This document shows, piece by piece, positions 1-9,909 of a stretch of DNA of 64,000 nucleotides (its first letter is position 1; the number at the start of each line of letters is the position of its first letter). Source of the stretch: Candidatus Doudnabacteria bacterium (GTDB taxonomy: Bacteria > Patescibacteriota > Doudnabacteria > UBA920 > O2-02-FULL-48-8); the NCBI GenBank assembly GCA_025450105.1, contig JANWIA010000022.1:5630-69629 (forward strand). The letters are read 5' to 3'. The notes beneath the pieces are model-generated. The model ran no database searches and was not told the origin of the DNA. It saw only the letters and a list, made by a program, of their open reading frames with translations. The translations under genes and the position numbers were made by a program.

Positions 1-521
1 TCATTGCGACAAAACTACCAGAAGAACCAAGCACTTTTAAGCAGGAACTGCAAAACTTGAACCGCGACCAAATTATGTTAGCCTTTTCCCTGGACGGTGA
101 CTTTGTTTTGCCAAAGAACGAAAAAATTCCTCTAGTCTTCATTGCCGGGGGTATAGGCATCACACCATTCCGAAGCATGATTAAATATTTAATCGACAAC
201 AACCAGAAACGGGACATTGTCCTCTTTTATTCCAACAAGGATTTTGATGAAGTTGGCTTTACCGAACTTCTGGATGAAGCTGAGGAAAAAATCGGTTTGA
301 AAACCGTTTACGTTCTAACGGGCAAAAAACCAGCGAATTGGACAGGCCGCACCGGATTCCTTAATTCCAAAATTATTTCCGAGGACGTGTCGAATTACGA
401 AAATCGCCTGTTCTATTTATCTGGGCCAGATCCAATGGTCCGGGCATACGAAAAAATGCTCAAAGATATGGGCATAAACCGAAATCAAATCATGACCGAT
501 TACTTCCCAGGCTATGAGTAA
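1..521 (+). CDS. FAD/NAD(P)-binding oxidoreductase, ferredoxin-NADP+ reductase family (5' end outside window)
   Basis: FNR NAD-binding motifs IAGGIGITPFRSM and YLSGP..MV, C-terminal DYFPGY; frame stays open to the window start. Confidence 0.85.
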   Translation, partial: IATKLPEEPSTFKQELQNLNRDQIMLAFSLDGDFVLPKNEKIPLVFIAGGIGITPFRSMIKYLIDNNQKRDIVLFYSNKDFDEVGFTELLDEAEEKIGLKTVYVLTGKKPANWTGRTGFLNSKIISEDVSNYENRLFYLSGPDPMVRAYEKMLKDMGINRNQIMTDYFPGYE

Positions 522-535
522 CAGTAATTAATAAA

Positions 536-622
536 CCATCCCTGCGAAAGCAGGGATTTCAATTCCATCCTGAATTTATTTCAGGATCTAAAATGAAAGA
601 TCCCGAAACAAGTTCGGGATGG
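536..622. repeat. REP-like palindrome cluster (3 units)
   Basis: CCATCCCTGCGAAAGCAGGGATT, CCATCCTGAATTTATTTCAGGATCT and inverted AGATCCCGAAACAAGTTCGGGATGG between convergent genes. Confidence 0.85.
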
Positions 623-643
623 TATTAAATGTTGGTTATTTTT

Positions 644-2815
644 TTATAATGAGATTGGAAAGTTTCTATTCTTTTCAAGCAGTTCGGTTATTTTGTCAGC
701 CGGAACCGGCGGACTAAACAAAAACCCCTGCACAAAATCACATTTTTGCTGCTTTAAAAACTCCAATTGTTCCGGTTTGTCCACGCCCTCAGCCACTGCG
801 GTCATATTCAAACTATGCGCCAAATTAATGATCGAATTGGCAATCGCCGTATCTTTTTCCTTCATTGGAATGTTTTTGATTCCCCAACGGTCAATCTTTA
901 GGACATCAATCGGCAGGGTTTTGACATGGCGCAGCGGGGCCTGGCCGGCGTTAAAATCATCCATAGCAAACTTTATACCATCACGCTTCAGTTCACTTAA
1001 AATATTTGACACGGCCTGGGAATTTTCAATAACCGCTGATTCTGTTAATTCTAATTCCAATTTATCCGGCGGAAAACCGGTTTCTTCTAAAATCCTGTGG
1101 ATCATCCGTACCAAATGACGCTGCTTAAACTGCCGTGGCGAAACATTTACCGAAACTCGCAGATCAGGAAATCCATTGCGATGCCATTTTTTTACTTCTT
1201 CCATGGAAGTCCGCAAAACCCATTCCCCAATCGGTTCAATTAATCCCGTGGTTTCGGCTAAACCAATAAAATCTTCGGGAAAAGTTAGGCCCAAGTCCGG
1301 ATGGTTCCATCGGATCAAAGCTTCTACTTGAGTAATTCGACCAGTTGAAACTTCAATTAAAGGTTGGTAATAAACCACAAATTCGTCATGGAATAAGGCT
1401 TTGCGTAAAGTATTTTCCAAACTTAAGCGTTCAAAAGATTTGGCGTTCATGGCCGGCAAATAATACTGAAAATTATTGCGACCCTGTTCTTTGGCCCGGT
1501 ACAATGCCGCATCGGCATTGCGCATCAACATTGAAGCGTCATTGGCATCTTCGGGATACAAACTGATCCCGATACTTGGCGTCACATAAAGCTCATGAAA
1601 ATCCAACAGGAACGGATGTTTCAAGGAGTCCAAAATTCTTTGGGAAATTTTTCCTGGGACATCCTCTCGCTCTACTTCGGACAAAATAATCCCGAACTCG
1701 TCACCACCCAAGCGCGCCAAAATTTCCCCATCTTCCAAGACGGACCTCAACCGCAAACTTACTTCCTGGATTAATCGGTCGCCTAATGCGTGCCCAAGCG
1801 ACTCGTTGATAAATTTGAATCGATCTAAATCAATCAAAATAACCGAAAGCATTGATTGATTTTTTTTGGCAGTAGCAATCCCCTGGATCAATTTTTCATT
1901 AAAATATGCGCGGTTTGGCAAATCCGTTAATGGATCATGCAAGTATGTGTATTCCATTTTCGATTGCGCCAATCGGCGCTGTTCTTCGGCTATAGTCCGG
2001 TCGTGGACATCACGAAAATTCGTAACAATAGCCATGATCATATCGTCGTTCAGCAAATTTTTTACCACGCACTCCACCCAGCGATAACCGAGGTTTTTAT
2101 TTTTTACCCGAACGTCAAACATCTTAATTTTTTCCGGTCCATTGATGATTGATTCTATTGCAGCCTGGGCAATTCCAATGTCTTCCGGATGGATAAGTTT
2201 AAAACCGTTGGTGTTTAACAACTCATTCGGCTTGTAACCCAAAACCCTTTCCGTGGTCGAGGATAGATATTTAATCGTTCCATCAATATCCACCAAACCA
2301 ATAGCATCAGAACTGTTCTCAATTAACGTTTTAAACCAACGCTCGCCTTTTTCAACCTCCAATTCTTTTTCAAGGATAATCCTTTCGACATTTTTTATTG
2401 CTGTTAAATCCCGAACCAAAACCGATGCTCCGATAATAATCTCCGATTCATCCCGGATCGGCGAAATAGTCACGGAGACATTTAAAAGTCTTCCGTCCTT
2501 GCTAAATCGAAAGGTTTCAAATTTTTCAATTCGTCTTCCCTGAGAAACCTCATAGATCAATTCCTTCAATTGTTCCCGGTGTTCCTGTGGCACCAAAATA
2601 AAAACATGCTGGCCTATAATTTCTTGCTTACTGTAACCATAAAACTTTTCTGCAGCACGATTCCAGCTAGTGATATAGCCATCCAAGGTTTTGGTGTAAA
2701 TTGCATCTTCGGTCGCGTCTAAAATAGCCTCAAAGTGTTCGTTGAAGAATGAAGATCCAAGTGAAGAATTTTTTTCACCTTCTTTTAATAGGTCAAATTG
2801 CTTTCCCTCGTCCAT
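644..2815 (-). CDS. PAS-PAS-GGDEF-EAL diguanylate cyclase/phosphodiesterase
   Basis: Two PAS/PAC domains (WNRAAEKFYGYS, LIHPED), HDPLTDLPNR, RLGGDEF, VEALIRW; start placed at MDEGK (ORF open to 2920). Confidence 0.9.
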   Translation of the reverse strand: MDEGKQFDLLKEGEKNSSLGSSFFNEHFEAILDATEDAIYTKTLDGYITSWNRAAEKFYGYSKQEIIGQHVFILVPQEHREQLKELIYEVSQGRRIEKFETFRFSKDGRLLNVSVTISPIRDESEIIIGASVLVRDLTAIKNVERIILEKELEVEKGERWFKTLIENSSDAIGLVDIDGTIKYLSSTTERVLGYKPNELLNTNGFKLIHPEDIGIAQAAIESIINGPEKIKMFDVRVKNKNLGYRWVECVVKNLLNDDMIMAIVTNFRDVHDRTIAEEQRRLAQSKMEYTYLHDPLTDLPNRAYFNEKLIQGIATAKKNQSMLSVILIDLDRFKFINESLGHALGDRLIQEVSLRLRSVLEDGEILARLGGDEFGIILSEVEREDVPGKISQRILDSLKHPFLLDFHELYVTPSIGISLYPEDANDASMLMRNADAALYRAKEQGRNNFQYYLPAMNAKSFERLSLENTLRKALFHDEFVVYYQPLIEVSTGRITQVEALIRWNHPDLGLTFPEDFIGLAETTGLIEPIGEWVLRTSMEEVKKWHRNGFPDLRVSVNVSPRQFKQRHLVRMIHRILEETGFPPDKLELELTESAVIENSQAVSNILSELKRDGIKFAMDDFNAGQAPLRHVKTLPIDVLKIDRWGIKNIPMKEKDTAIANSIINLAHSLNMTAVAEGVDKPEQLEFLKQQKCDFVQGFLFSPPVPADKITELLEKNRNFPISL

Positions 2816-2975
2816 AAGAAATTGTCTCCCGTCAAAAATGAATGCCGTGTGACTGATTGCTATGTCATAAATAATTCGCACCTCAACCATTATTGAATAC
2901 TTCCGGTCCACATTCCACAATTGTTTTATCTAAAAAGGCCTTGGTTGTTCCAAGGTTTATTGTGCGAACGTACAA

Positions 2976-4115
2976 TCAGGTTTTGCTTACTGCGCGGGCG
3001 ATGGTTTTTGCGACTCTCTTATCGAATATGCTTGGGATTATATTGTTTGGATCCGATTTTTTTATTAGCCCGGATAAAGCTTTGGCCGCCGCCATGTACA
3101 TTTTGTCGCTAATCTGGTACTTATTGGCGTCAAGTAATCCCCGGAAAAATCCCGGAAAAACCAAAACGTTGTTTATTTGATTAGCAAAATCGCTGCGGCC
3201 CGTAGCCACAATTTTGGCTCCGGCACGGCGTGCGACATCCGGTAAAATTTCCGGAATCGGGTTGGATAAAGCAAAAATAATCGGATCGACTGCCATTCTC
3301 TTAACCATTTTTTCATTAACAATATTTGGTTTGCTGACACCAATAAAAACGTCGGCGCCGGTCATTGCTGTAACCAAATCTCCTTGCAAATTTTTCCTAT
3401 TGCTTATTGCTGCCAAATTTTTCTTGGCTGGGGATAAATTCTTCCTATTTTTAGAAATTATTCCTTCTGTATCTAAAATTAACAAATTACGAGCACCAGC
3501 TGCCTTTAAAAGTTTGGCCACAGCTGTGCCAGCTGCACCAGCCCCATTAATAACAATCCGGGCCTTAGAAATATTTTTCTTAACAACCTTCAAAGAATTA
3601 TTAAGCGCCGCCAAAACTACAATAGCCGTTCCGTGCTGGTCATCGTGGAAAACAGGAATCTTTAATTTTTTTCTTAGTTCCGACTCAATGTAAAAACAAC
3701 GCGGCGCGGAAATATCTTCTAAATTAATTCCGCCAAAGGTTGGCGCAATTGCTTCCACGGCTTTGATTATTTCTTCCGGATCCTGCGTGTTCAAAACAAT
3801 CGGCACGGCATCAATATTGGCAAACTCTTTAAACAAAACTGCTTTACCTTCCATGACAGGCATAGCGGCGAGTGGGCCAATGTTGCCCAAGCCAAGAACG
3901 GCCGAACCATCCGAAACCACGGCAATCATATTCTGTTTTGCTGTTAAACTTTGAGCCAATTTAGGATTCTTGGCTATAGCTAAAGAAACAGCCCCAACAC
4001 CTGGCGTGTAAGCCAGACTGAGCTGTTTCTTGTTTTTAACCGGCATTTTGGTGACAACGGCAAATTTACCGCGGTTTTTTTTATGCAGGCTGATTGATTG
4101 GGAGGCAATAGACAT
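2976..4115 (-). CDS. NAD(P)-dependent malic enzyme
   Basis: AYTPGV, VMEGKAVLFK, INLEDISAP, FHDDQHGTA, GAGAAG, NQINNVL; ATG overlaps the mscL stop (TAATG). Confidence 0.95.
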   Translation of the reverse strand: MSIASQSISLHKKNRGKFAVVTKMPVKNKKQLSLAYTPGVGAVSLAIAKNPKLAQSLTAKQNMIAVVSDGSAVLGLGNIGPLAAMPVMEGKAVLFKEFANIDAVPIVLNTQDPEEIIKAVEAIAPTFGGINLEDISAPRCFYIESELRKKLKIPVFHDDQHGTAIVVLAALNNSLKVVKKNISKARIVINGAGAAGTAVAKLLKAAGARNLLILDTEGIISKNRKNLSPAKKNLAAISNRKNLQGDLVTAMTGADVFIGVSKPNIVNEKMVKRMAVDPIIFALSNPIPEILPDVARRAGAKIVATGRSDFANQINNVLVFPGFFRGLLDANKYQISDKMYMAAAKALSGLIKKSDPNNIIPSIFDKRVAKTIARAVSKT

Positions 4116-4540
4116 TAGGAGAGTTGCGAGGTGCAGGCTGGGCAACGAACTGCAGCCAACGCAATTTCAGTTTTACAAAATGGACAGACTTGCTTATCAG
4201 GCGGAGGTGGTTGATGCTTGAGTTTGTTAATTTGGCGGACCATCAAGAAAACAACAAATGCGACAATTAAAAAGTTTAAAATTTCGTTTATAAATAATCC
4301 GTAATTCAGAGTTGGGGCACCGGCGGCTCGGGCTTCAGCTAAAGTATTAAAGTGTCCCCCGGCCAAACTGACAAATAAATTTGAAAAATCGACACTACCG
4401 GCCAGTAAGCCAATTGGCGGCAAAATAATGTCATTAACCAAGGACGTGACAATTTTCCCGAATGCAGCGCCAATAATCACGCCAACTGCAAGGTCAAAAG
4501 CATTTCCTTTTATTGCGAATTCTTTAAAATCTTTTAGCAT
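4115..4540 (-). CDS. mscL: large-conductance mechanosensitive channel
   Basis: [35 protein letters not shown]; C-terminal CPFC...CPAC Zn-ribbon tail. Confidence 0.95.
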   Translation of the reverse strand: MLKDFKEFAIKGNAFDLAVGVIIGAAFGKIVTSLVNDIILPPIGLLAGSVDFSNLFVSLAGGHFNTLAEARAAGAPTLNYGLFINEILNFLIVAFVVFLMVRQINKLKHQPPPPDKQVCPFCKTEIALAAVRCPACTSQLS

Positions 4541-4633
4541 AATAACATCATAACCTACCCAAATTGCTTTGGCAATTTGCTTTATTATTTTACAAGCATA
4601 CAATTACTACAACACCTTCCACGGAGGAAAGCG

Positions 4634-5125
4634 ATGGAAGAATACGATTCTCTTCTTGCCGTGACACAACGAAGCGCAGTCCAGTTCTTTTACGACCACC
4701 TACTGGACCTAGCTCCTGACGCATCGAAAAATGAAAAACTTTACAACGCATCGGTTCTGGCACACAGTGCAAGCACTTCTGTGTGTTCCACTGAGCACTT
4801 CCCAAGCACCATCCCCAACCTCAAAGTTTTTTTTGATCGATTTGTCTTGGACAGAAGCGAGCACCACGATCCCGAACTTTTCGAAGCTGCTGGGGCGCAG
4901 TGCTTAGTCCTGACTGGGTTCTTTGCCCGACAGATGCGGCACAACCACAACCTTGAGTGGTACGCGTCATTAGGCAAAGGATTCTTCAAGAGGTCAGCTG
5001 ATTACGGCACTGACCCGGCAAGAGTCCGGATGATGACGGTGATGGCAAGCGAGTTCGGTTACTGGCAACAAAAGTACCGCATACTCAGTCGTAAGATTCG
5101 CGAGTCGCCCTATCTGTTGCACTAA
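4634..5125 (+). CDS. hypothetical protein (orphan cassette)
   Basis: GGAGG SD before MEEYDS; 163 aa; ends at a bidirectional terminator. Confidence 0.75.
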   Translation: MEEYDSLLAVTQRSAVQFFYDHLLDLAPDASKNEKLYNASVLAHSASTSVCSTEHFPSTIPNLKVFFDRFVLDRSEHHDPELFEAAGAQCLVLTGFFARQMRHNHNLEWYASLGKGFFKRSADYGTDPARVRMMTVMASEFGYWQQKYRILSRKIRESPYLLH

Positions 5126-5129
5126 AAGA

Positions 5130-5169
5130 AAAAGGACTTGGAAACCACAGTGGTTTTCCAAGTCCTTTT
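5130..5169. terminator. bidirectional intrinsic terminator
   Basis: AAAAGGACTTGGAAACCAC...GTGGTTTTCCAAGTCCTTTT inverted repeat with A and T tails. Confidence 0.85.
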
Positions 5170-5175
5170 GCGTTT

Positions 5176-5481
5176 TCACGCCGACTTACGTCTCGATTGG
5201 ATTTTCTCCTGAACCTTCGCAACTTCCTCAAACGTGATTGTCCTGCTGAAGCTGTAAAAATTAGAGCCTTGCTTCTTCGTCAGCACCAAGAAGGTGTAGC
5301 TAGCGCGGGCAACCACCCGTTCACACTTTCCTTGATCACTGACCTCAATAATCCTGTACTCGATGCCGTCAGTGACCAATTCTGTAAACTCCAGAAACAA
5401 AGTCGAGACTTCGGCGCCGTCGTCCTTCGACAACATTTCCAGAATCGCTTCCGTCTCCGAGACGGTAATCTTTAATTTCAC
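5176..5481 (-). CDS. hypothetical protein (orphan cassette)
   Basis: TATACT -10 box, AGGAGG SD, GTG start; 101 aa. Confidence 0.7.
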   Translation of the reverse strand: MKLKITVSETEAILEMLSKDDGAEVSTLFLEFTELVTDGIEYRIIEVSDQGKCERVVARASYTFLVLTKKQGSNFYSFSRTITFEEVAKVQEKIQSRRKSA

Positions 5482-5578
5482 GCATCCTCCTTAACAGGAT
5501 CTAAGTATACCTATTTAGTCATAAAAACAGAAGACCCCGATCGCATTGTGCGTTCGGGGTCCTTCAGTTGTTGAACTA

Positions 5579-5719
5579 TCAGACCTTGCGGTTTGCCGCC
5601 TGTCTGGATTTGTCCTCCTGTTTCTGTTTAGGCCGTCGTACGATACCCGAGCGGTGGTCCTTCCGCTTCGGATGTTCCGAAACCTTCAAGCGCAGGTCGG
5701 TTTCGTGATTGCTGCACAT
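5579..5719 (-). CDS. small basic hypothetical protein (46 aa, MCSNHETDLRLKVSEHPKRK...)
   Basis: AGGAG SD right after the upstream stop; followed by a hairpin at about 5530-5565; too short for the ORF track. Confidence 0.45.
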   Translation of the reverse strand: MCSNHETDLRLKVSEHPKRKDHRSGIVRRPKQKQEDKSRQAANRKV

Positions 5720-5729
5720 CGGATGTCTC

Positions 5730-6026
5730 CTAACTGGCCGCGGCTATGTGTTCGGGTACGTGCGCCAATTCTTCCGGGACTTCATAAATTTTCACGTACG
5801 CGATTTTCAGGGTCTGGTTTTTCCCAATACTGATTTCCATCGAGACCCAAGGGTACTGAGGCCCGTAAGCATTCTTCAGTTCCTCAATGTCCTCGGTGAC
5901 CATACAGCCTTTGAGGACTGTTGAAAGTTCGTGAGCCTTGAGATCGCAGCTAGTGAGGTTGAAAAAAGGAACCACACCCAACTGCAGCAGGAACCTACCA
6001 GCTTCAACTGCGGGTGTGACGTCCAC
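5730..6026 (-). CDS. hypothetical protein (orphan cassette)
   Basis: AGGAGG SD before GTG; TTGACG-17-TAAAAT promoter at about 6107-6135. Confidence 0.6.
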   Translation of the reverse strand: MDVTPAVEAGRFLLQLGVVPFFNLTSCDLKAHELSTVLKGCMVTEDIEELKNAYGPQYPWVSMEISIGKNQTLKIAYVKIYEVPEELAHVPEHIAAAS

Positions 6027-6200
6027 TCATCCTCCTGACTTGGTACAAATTTCGAGAGACAAAGCTTGTCTATCGAAGTTTAGATCAAGTATCCACAACC
6101 GAGGAATTTTAGCAGCTAATTAATTGGTCGTCAACGCTTCTGCCTGTGTATGAAGTAGGGTCCGCGTTTCGCCAATTTGGCTAAACGCGGACTTGTCTGG

Positions 6201-6551
6201 CTACACACCAGACTTGCGCACCAGTGAACCGGCGTATCCTTCGTTGGTAGATCTGGGCGGAATCTCGGTGTTCAGGGATTCCAGCCAAACCTTCCTTCTT
6301 CGGAACCAACCTTCATGTCCGGCGATCACGGTCATGTGCCGCTGGATGGCAGCTTTGACCGCATCGGTTTGTGGGTGGAGCCTTGCCTTTTTGATCTTCT
6401 TGGCAAGACGTTGGCCTTCGGCCGTACGCGGTTCATCCAACGCTGACAGCCTCGGATGTACTGTGTCCTGTGAATCGGAATCGCTTGTTTCGGCTGATGA
6501 ATCGTTAGCCTCCACATCAGCGGGAAGATCAAACGGGTCGACACTATTCAT
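6201..6551 (-). CDS. hypothetical protein (orphan cassette)
   Basis: AAGGAGG SD before ATG; acidic N-half, basic C-half; hairpin GTCCGCGTTT...AAACGCGGAC downstream. Confidence 0.65.
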   Translation of the reverse strand: MNSVDPFDLPADVEANDSSAETSDSDSQDTVHPRLSALDEPRTAEGQRLAKKIKKARLHPQTDAVKAAIQRHMTVIAGHEGWFRRRKVWLESLNTEIPPRSTNEGYAGSLVRKSGV

Positions 6552-6583
6552 CCTATCCTCCTTGTGAACTGCTTGGTCCGGGA

Positions 6584-6736
6584 CAAAAAAAGACCGACTT
6601 AGTGTCGGCTTTCAGTTGCAAAAATCTACAATGAAAATCAGCCGACTGGAGTCGTGTGAATAAAAAACCACTTGCAAATGAGATGTCGTACTGAATTCAT
6701 AAATAATAGCTTATGCTAAGAAAAAACCTCTGTCAA
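6584..6736 (-). promoter_or_regulatory. putative transcription attenuator: promoter, 20-aa leader peptide (6638-6700), antiterminator and terminator
   Basis: TTGACA-17-TAAGCT; leader MNSVRHLICKWFFIHTTPVG*; AGTCGGCT at the leader end can pair with the 5' arm of GCCGAC-ACTAA-GTCGGT-CTTTTTTT. Confidence 0.55.
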
Positions 6737-6737
6737 A

Positions 6738-7691
6738 TTAATCGATCTGCGAAACCTTGTCCATAAAACTGTTCAGCTCTTCGTCGGAATAAAATTCAAT
6801 CATAATCTTGCCGCTGTGCCCGGATTTTTGGATGCGAACCTTAGTCCCCAATTTTCCGCGCAATTGGTTTTCCAATGCCTGAATTTGTGGATCAGAACTT
6901 GGCGCATTGCGCGGGGCCTTGGTCACGCGCGGTCGATCCATAATTTCGCGGACGCGGTCTTCCACTTGCCGCACAGTCATGTTCTGATTAATCACTTCCT
7001 CCAACATTGCCAATTGTTTTTCCATTCCCGGCAAAGAAACTAAGGGCCTTGCATGGCCTTCGGAAATTGTCCCTTCGGCCACGGCGCGCTGAATTTTAAG
7101 AGGTAGTGTCAGCAAGCGCAACATGTTCGTAACCGTAGTGCGGGCCTTGCCGACTTTTCGGGATACTTCTTCTTGCGTCAACTTATACTGGTCAATCAAT
7201 TGCTGATAGGCTTGGGCTTCTTCGATTGGATCCAAGTTGTGGCGCTGAATATTTTCAATCAACGCCAATTCCAATTTCTGCTGCTCTTCCATCGCGTCAC
7301 GGATAATAACCGGGACCATGGTCAGGCCCGCTAATTGCGAGGCGCGCATGCGGCGTTCCCCGACAATCAACTGGTAAGTCCCATCCGGTTGCGGCACGAC
7401 CACCAGCGGCTGCAAAATACCGTGCTCCTTAATCGAACTCGCCAATTCCTTTAAATATTCTTCCTTAAAAATCTTTCTTGGCTGCCAAGGATTTGGTTTA
7501 ATCTTTTCAATAGGAATTTGGGTGAACGTGCTGCCCTGTGGCGGTTGGTGGGAGTGGTGTGGAGTGGGCATAGAAACTTTTGGCGCTGGTGGAATTTTTG
7601 GTTGCGAAAAATCACTGCCAATCTCTTCGCCATTCATTGTTAAGCCCATTCCGGAAAAATTGTTTAAATTGTGGTTTGTTTCATCTGCCAT
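6738..7691 (-). CDS. parB: chromosome partitioning protein ParB/Spo0J
   Basis: PNPWQPRKIF, SIKEHGILQPLVV, GERRMRA, ALIENIQRHNLDPIEEA, HTH. Confidence 0.95.
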   Translation of the reverse strand: MADETNHNLNNFSGMGLTMNGEEIGSDFSQPKIPPAPKVSMPTPHHSHQPPQGSTFTQIPIEKIKPNPWQPRKIFKEEYLKELASSIKEHGILQPLVVVPQPDGTYQLIVGERRMRASQLAGLTMVPVIIRDAMEEQQKLELALIENIQRHNLDPIEEAQAYQQLIDQYKLTQEEVSRKVGKARTTVTNMLRLLTLPLKIQRAVAEGTISEGHARPLVSLPGMEKQLAMLEEVINQNMTVRQVEDRVREIMDRPRVTKAPRNAPSSDPQIQALENQLRGKLGTKVRIQKSGHSGKIMIEFYSDEELNSFMDKVSQID

Positions 7692-7765
7692 AAAAATCTA
7701 AAGAAATACTACCAGAAATTTAGTCTTTGGACAAACAAAAAAGACCTTGACGGTCAGTTTTTTAT

Positions 7766-7851
7766 TGGTGCCGAAGGAGGGAGTCGAACCCTCATGAGGA
7801 AACCCCGCACGATTTTGAGTCGTGTGCGTCTGCCAGTTCCGCCACTTCGGC
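7766..7851 (-). tRNA. tRNA-Leu(CAA)
   Basis: GCCGAAG acceptor stem, anticodon arm CACGA-CTCAAAA-TCGTG, long variable arm, GGTTCGACT T-loop, encoded CCA. Confidence 0.95.
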
Positions 7852-7899
7852 ATATGTTTGCAACTCATTTTACCTCAAAACCGTGATTTTGAAAAGCCC

Positions 7900-8670
7900 C
7901 TAAACAATCAAGAACCAGAAAGCTATCGCAACAATAATTCTATACCATCCAAATGCTGTGAATTTATGGGTATTGATGAACCGTAATAAAAACTTGATCC
8001 CCAAAATTGCCGTAATAAATGAAACAAATAATCCTGTCAGCAAAATCGAGACTGAACCGCTCAAAATGTCCTGATAACTTTTGATTAGGTCGAGTCCGGT
8101 TGCCGCGGCCATTGTTGGCACGGCCAGCAAAAAAGAAAACTCAACGATGGTTCGGCGATTAATTCCTAACATTAATCCGCCGATAATTGTTGCGGCCGCG
8201 CGGGAAACTCCGGGAATAATTGCGATAGCCTGAAACAATCCAATAATAAACGCCTGCTTGCCTGTAATCTGATCCATTGAATTGCCACCGGACAATGGTT
8301 CCTTGTAGGATCGTTCAAAGAGAATCAAAAAAATACCTCCGATCAGGAGAGACACGACCACGGTCATTTCCGAGCCCAATAATACTTCCTTGATAGTCGA
8401 ATAAAAAATTAAACCAATTGCCGCAGTTGGCAAAAATGCGACTAAAAGTTTTTTTATTAGCTGCCAGTTAAGGATCAAACTTCGGCCATACAAAAACAGT
8501 ACTGCCAAAATTGCACCGAACTGAATTGCAATCTCAAAAGTTTTTACGAAATTATTTTGGTTCAAGCCCAAAGCGTTCGTGGCCAAAATTAAGTGCCCGG
8601 TTGATGATACGGGCAAAAATTCGGTTATACCTTCTATAATTCCTAAAATAATCGCTTGAAGAAAGCTCAT
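7900..8670 (-). CDS. uppP: undecaprenyl-diphosphate phosphatase
   Basis: GIIEGITEFLPVSSTGHL, IPGVSR, EFSFLLAVP. Confidence 0.95.
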   Translation of the reverse strand: MSFLQAIILGIIEGITEFLPVSSTGHLILATNALGLNQNNFVKTFEIAIQFGAILAVLFLYGRSLILNWQLIKKLLVAFLPTAAIGLIFYSTIKEVLLGSEMTVVVSLLIGGIFLILFERSYKEPLSGGNSMDQITGKQAFIIGLFQAIAIIPGVSRAAATIIGGLMLGINRRTIVEFSFLLAVPTMAAATGLDLIKSYQDILSGSVSILLTGLFVSFITAILGIKFLLRFINTHKFTAFGWYRIIVAIAFWFLIV

Positions 8671-8673
8671 GGT

Positions 8674-9909
8674 TTATAGTCCTGGTGCTGGAAAATTCTT
8701 TGTGAACCGCTTAACTTCTTCTTTGACCTGTTCCGCAACTGAATGATCGGTAATAACTGCAGCAATCCAAGAAGCAATTTTGCTCATTTCTTTTTCCTTC
8801 ATGCCCCGGCTCGTCACAGCTGCTGTACCCAACCGCAAACCGGATGGGTCCATTGGGCTTCGCTTATCAAACGGAATCATGTTGCGATTCAAAATTATCC
8901 CGGCTTTTTCCAAAAGGTTTTGGGCGTCCTTGCCACCAATATTTTTTCCGGTTAAATCCATAAGAATCAAATGATTGTCGGATCCGCCGGAAACTAAGCG
9001 GAAACCAAAATCCTGCAGCGCTTTGGACAAGGCTTTTGAATTTTTGACAACTTGTTCTGAATATTTTCGGAAGGCCGCGGTCTTGGCTTCCTTCATTGCT
9101 ACGGCAATTCCAGCAATAGCGTTTTCGTGCGGACCACCCTGCGATCCCGGAAAAACCGATTTATCAATCGCGGTTGCGTATTTGTCCTTGCACATGATAA
9201 TGCCGGCGCGAGGGCCGCGCAAAGTTTTATGGGTCGTGGTTGTGACGACATCGAAAAATGGAATCGGTGACATATGCACGCCAGCCGAAACCAATCCAGC
9301 AATGTGGGAAATATCAGCCATGGCAATGGCCCCGACCTTATCGGCAATGTCGCGAAATTTTTCAAAATCAATTTCCCGAGGATATGCAGTGAAGCCGGAT
9401 AAAATTAATTTTGGTCGGTGCTGATCAGCCAACTTTAAAATTTCCATGTAATCCAACCGTTCAGACTTGGCAGTCACGCCGTAATGGACGAAGTTATAGA
9501 GTTTGCCGGAAACATTTACTTTAGAGCCGTGGGTTAAGTGGCCGCCGTGGGCCAAATCGAGGGCCATAATCGTGTCACCCGGCTCGAGCAAAGCATTATA
9601 GACTTCCAGATTCATCGGACTGCCGGAATAGGGCTGGACGTTAACGTGCCAGTCGATCGGCAAATCAAAAGCCTCGCGGGTGCGGGCAATGGCCAGTTCC
9701 TCAACCTGATCAACAATTTCGTTGCCGGCATAGTAACGTTTACGGGGATAGCCTTCGGCATATTTATTATTCAAAACCGAACCCAGCGCCTCCAAAACTT
9801 CTTTCGAGGTATAATTTTCTGATGCAATCAATTCCAAAACCTCCGCTTGGCGCTTGCGTTCTTTTTGGATGAGATCGTAAACTTGTTTGTCGTTATTCTT
9901 TAAACTCAT
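8674..9909 (-). CDS. glyA: serine hydroxymethyltransferase
   Basis: LIASENY, KYAEGYP, GGHLTHG, TTTTHKTLRGPR. Confidence 0.97.
   Translation of the reverse strand: MSLKNNDKQVYDLIQKERKRQAEVLELIASENYTSKEVLEALGSVLNNKYAEGYPRKRYYAGNEIVDQVEELAIARTREAFDLPIDWHVNVQPYSGSPMNLEVYNALLEPGDTIMALDLAHGGHLTHGSKVNVSGKLYNFVHYGVTAKSERLDYMEILKLADQHRPKLILSGFTAYPREIDFEKFRDIADKVGAIAMADISHIAGLVSAGVHMSPIPFFDVVTTTTHKTLRGPRAGIIMCKDKYATAIDKSVFPGSQGGPHENAIAGIAVAMKEAKTAAFRKYSEQVVKNSKALSKALQDFGFRLVSGGSDNHLILMDLTGKNIGGKDAQNLLEKAGIILNRNMIPFDKRSPMDPSGLRLGTAAVTSRGMKEKEMSKIASWIAAVITDHSVAEQVKEEVKRFTKNFPAPGL

Noticed and set aside
2816-2920. c-di-GMP riboswitch upstream of the GGDEF-EAL gene
   Set aside because: No GEMM-type consensus recognisable; only weak pairing
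693-3954. Plus-strand ORFs overlapping the GGDEF and malic enzyme genes, and similar shadows elsewhere
   Set aside because: Antisense to confidently identified genes, with no motifs or start signals
6027-6098. In-frame TGA upstream of the 5730-6026 ORF suggesting code 25 or readthrough
   Set aside because: TGA ends tatD, cyoB and cyoC normally, and an AGGAGG SD supports the GTG start; a nonsense mutation cannot be fully excluded
7766-7851. tRNA as an island integration site
   Set aside because: No duplicated tRNA 3' end or integrase seen; flanked by core genes
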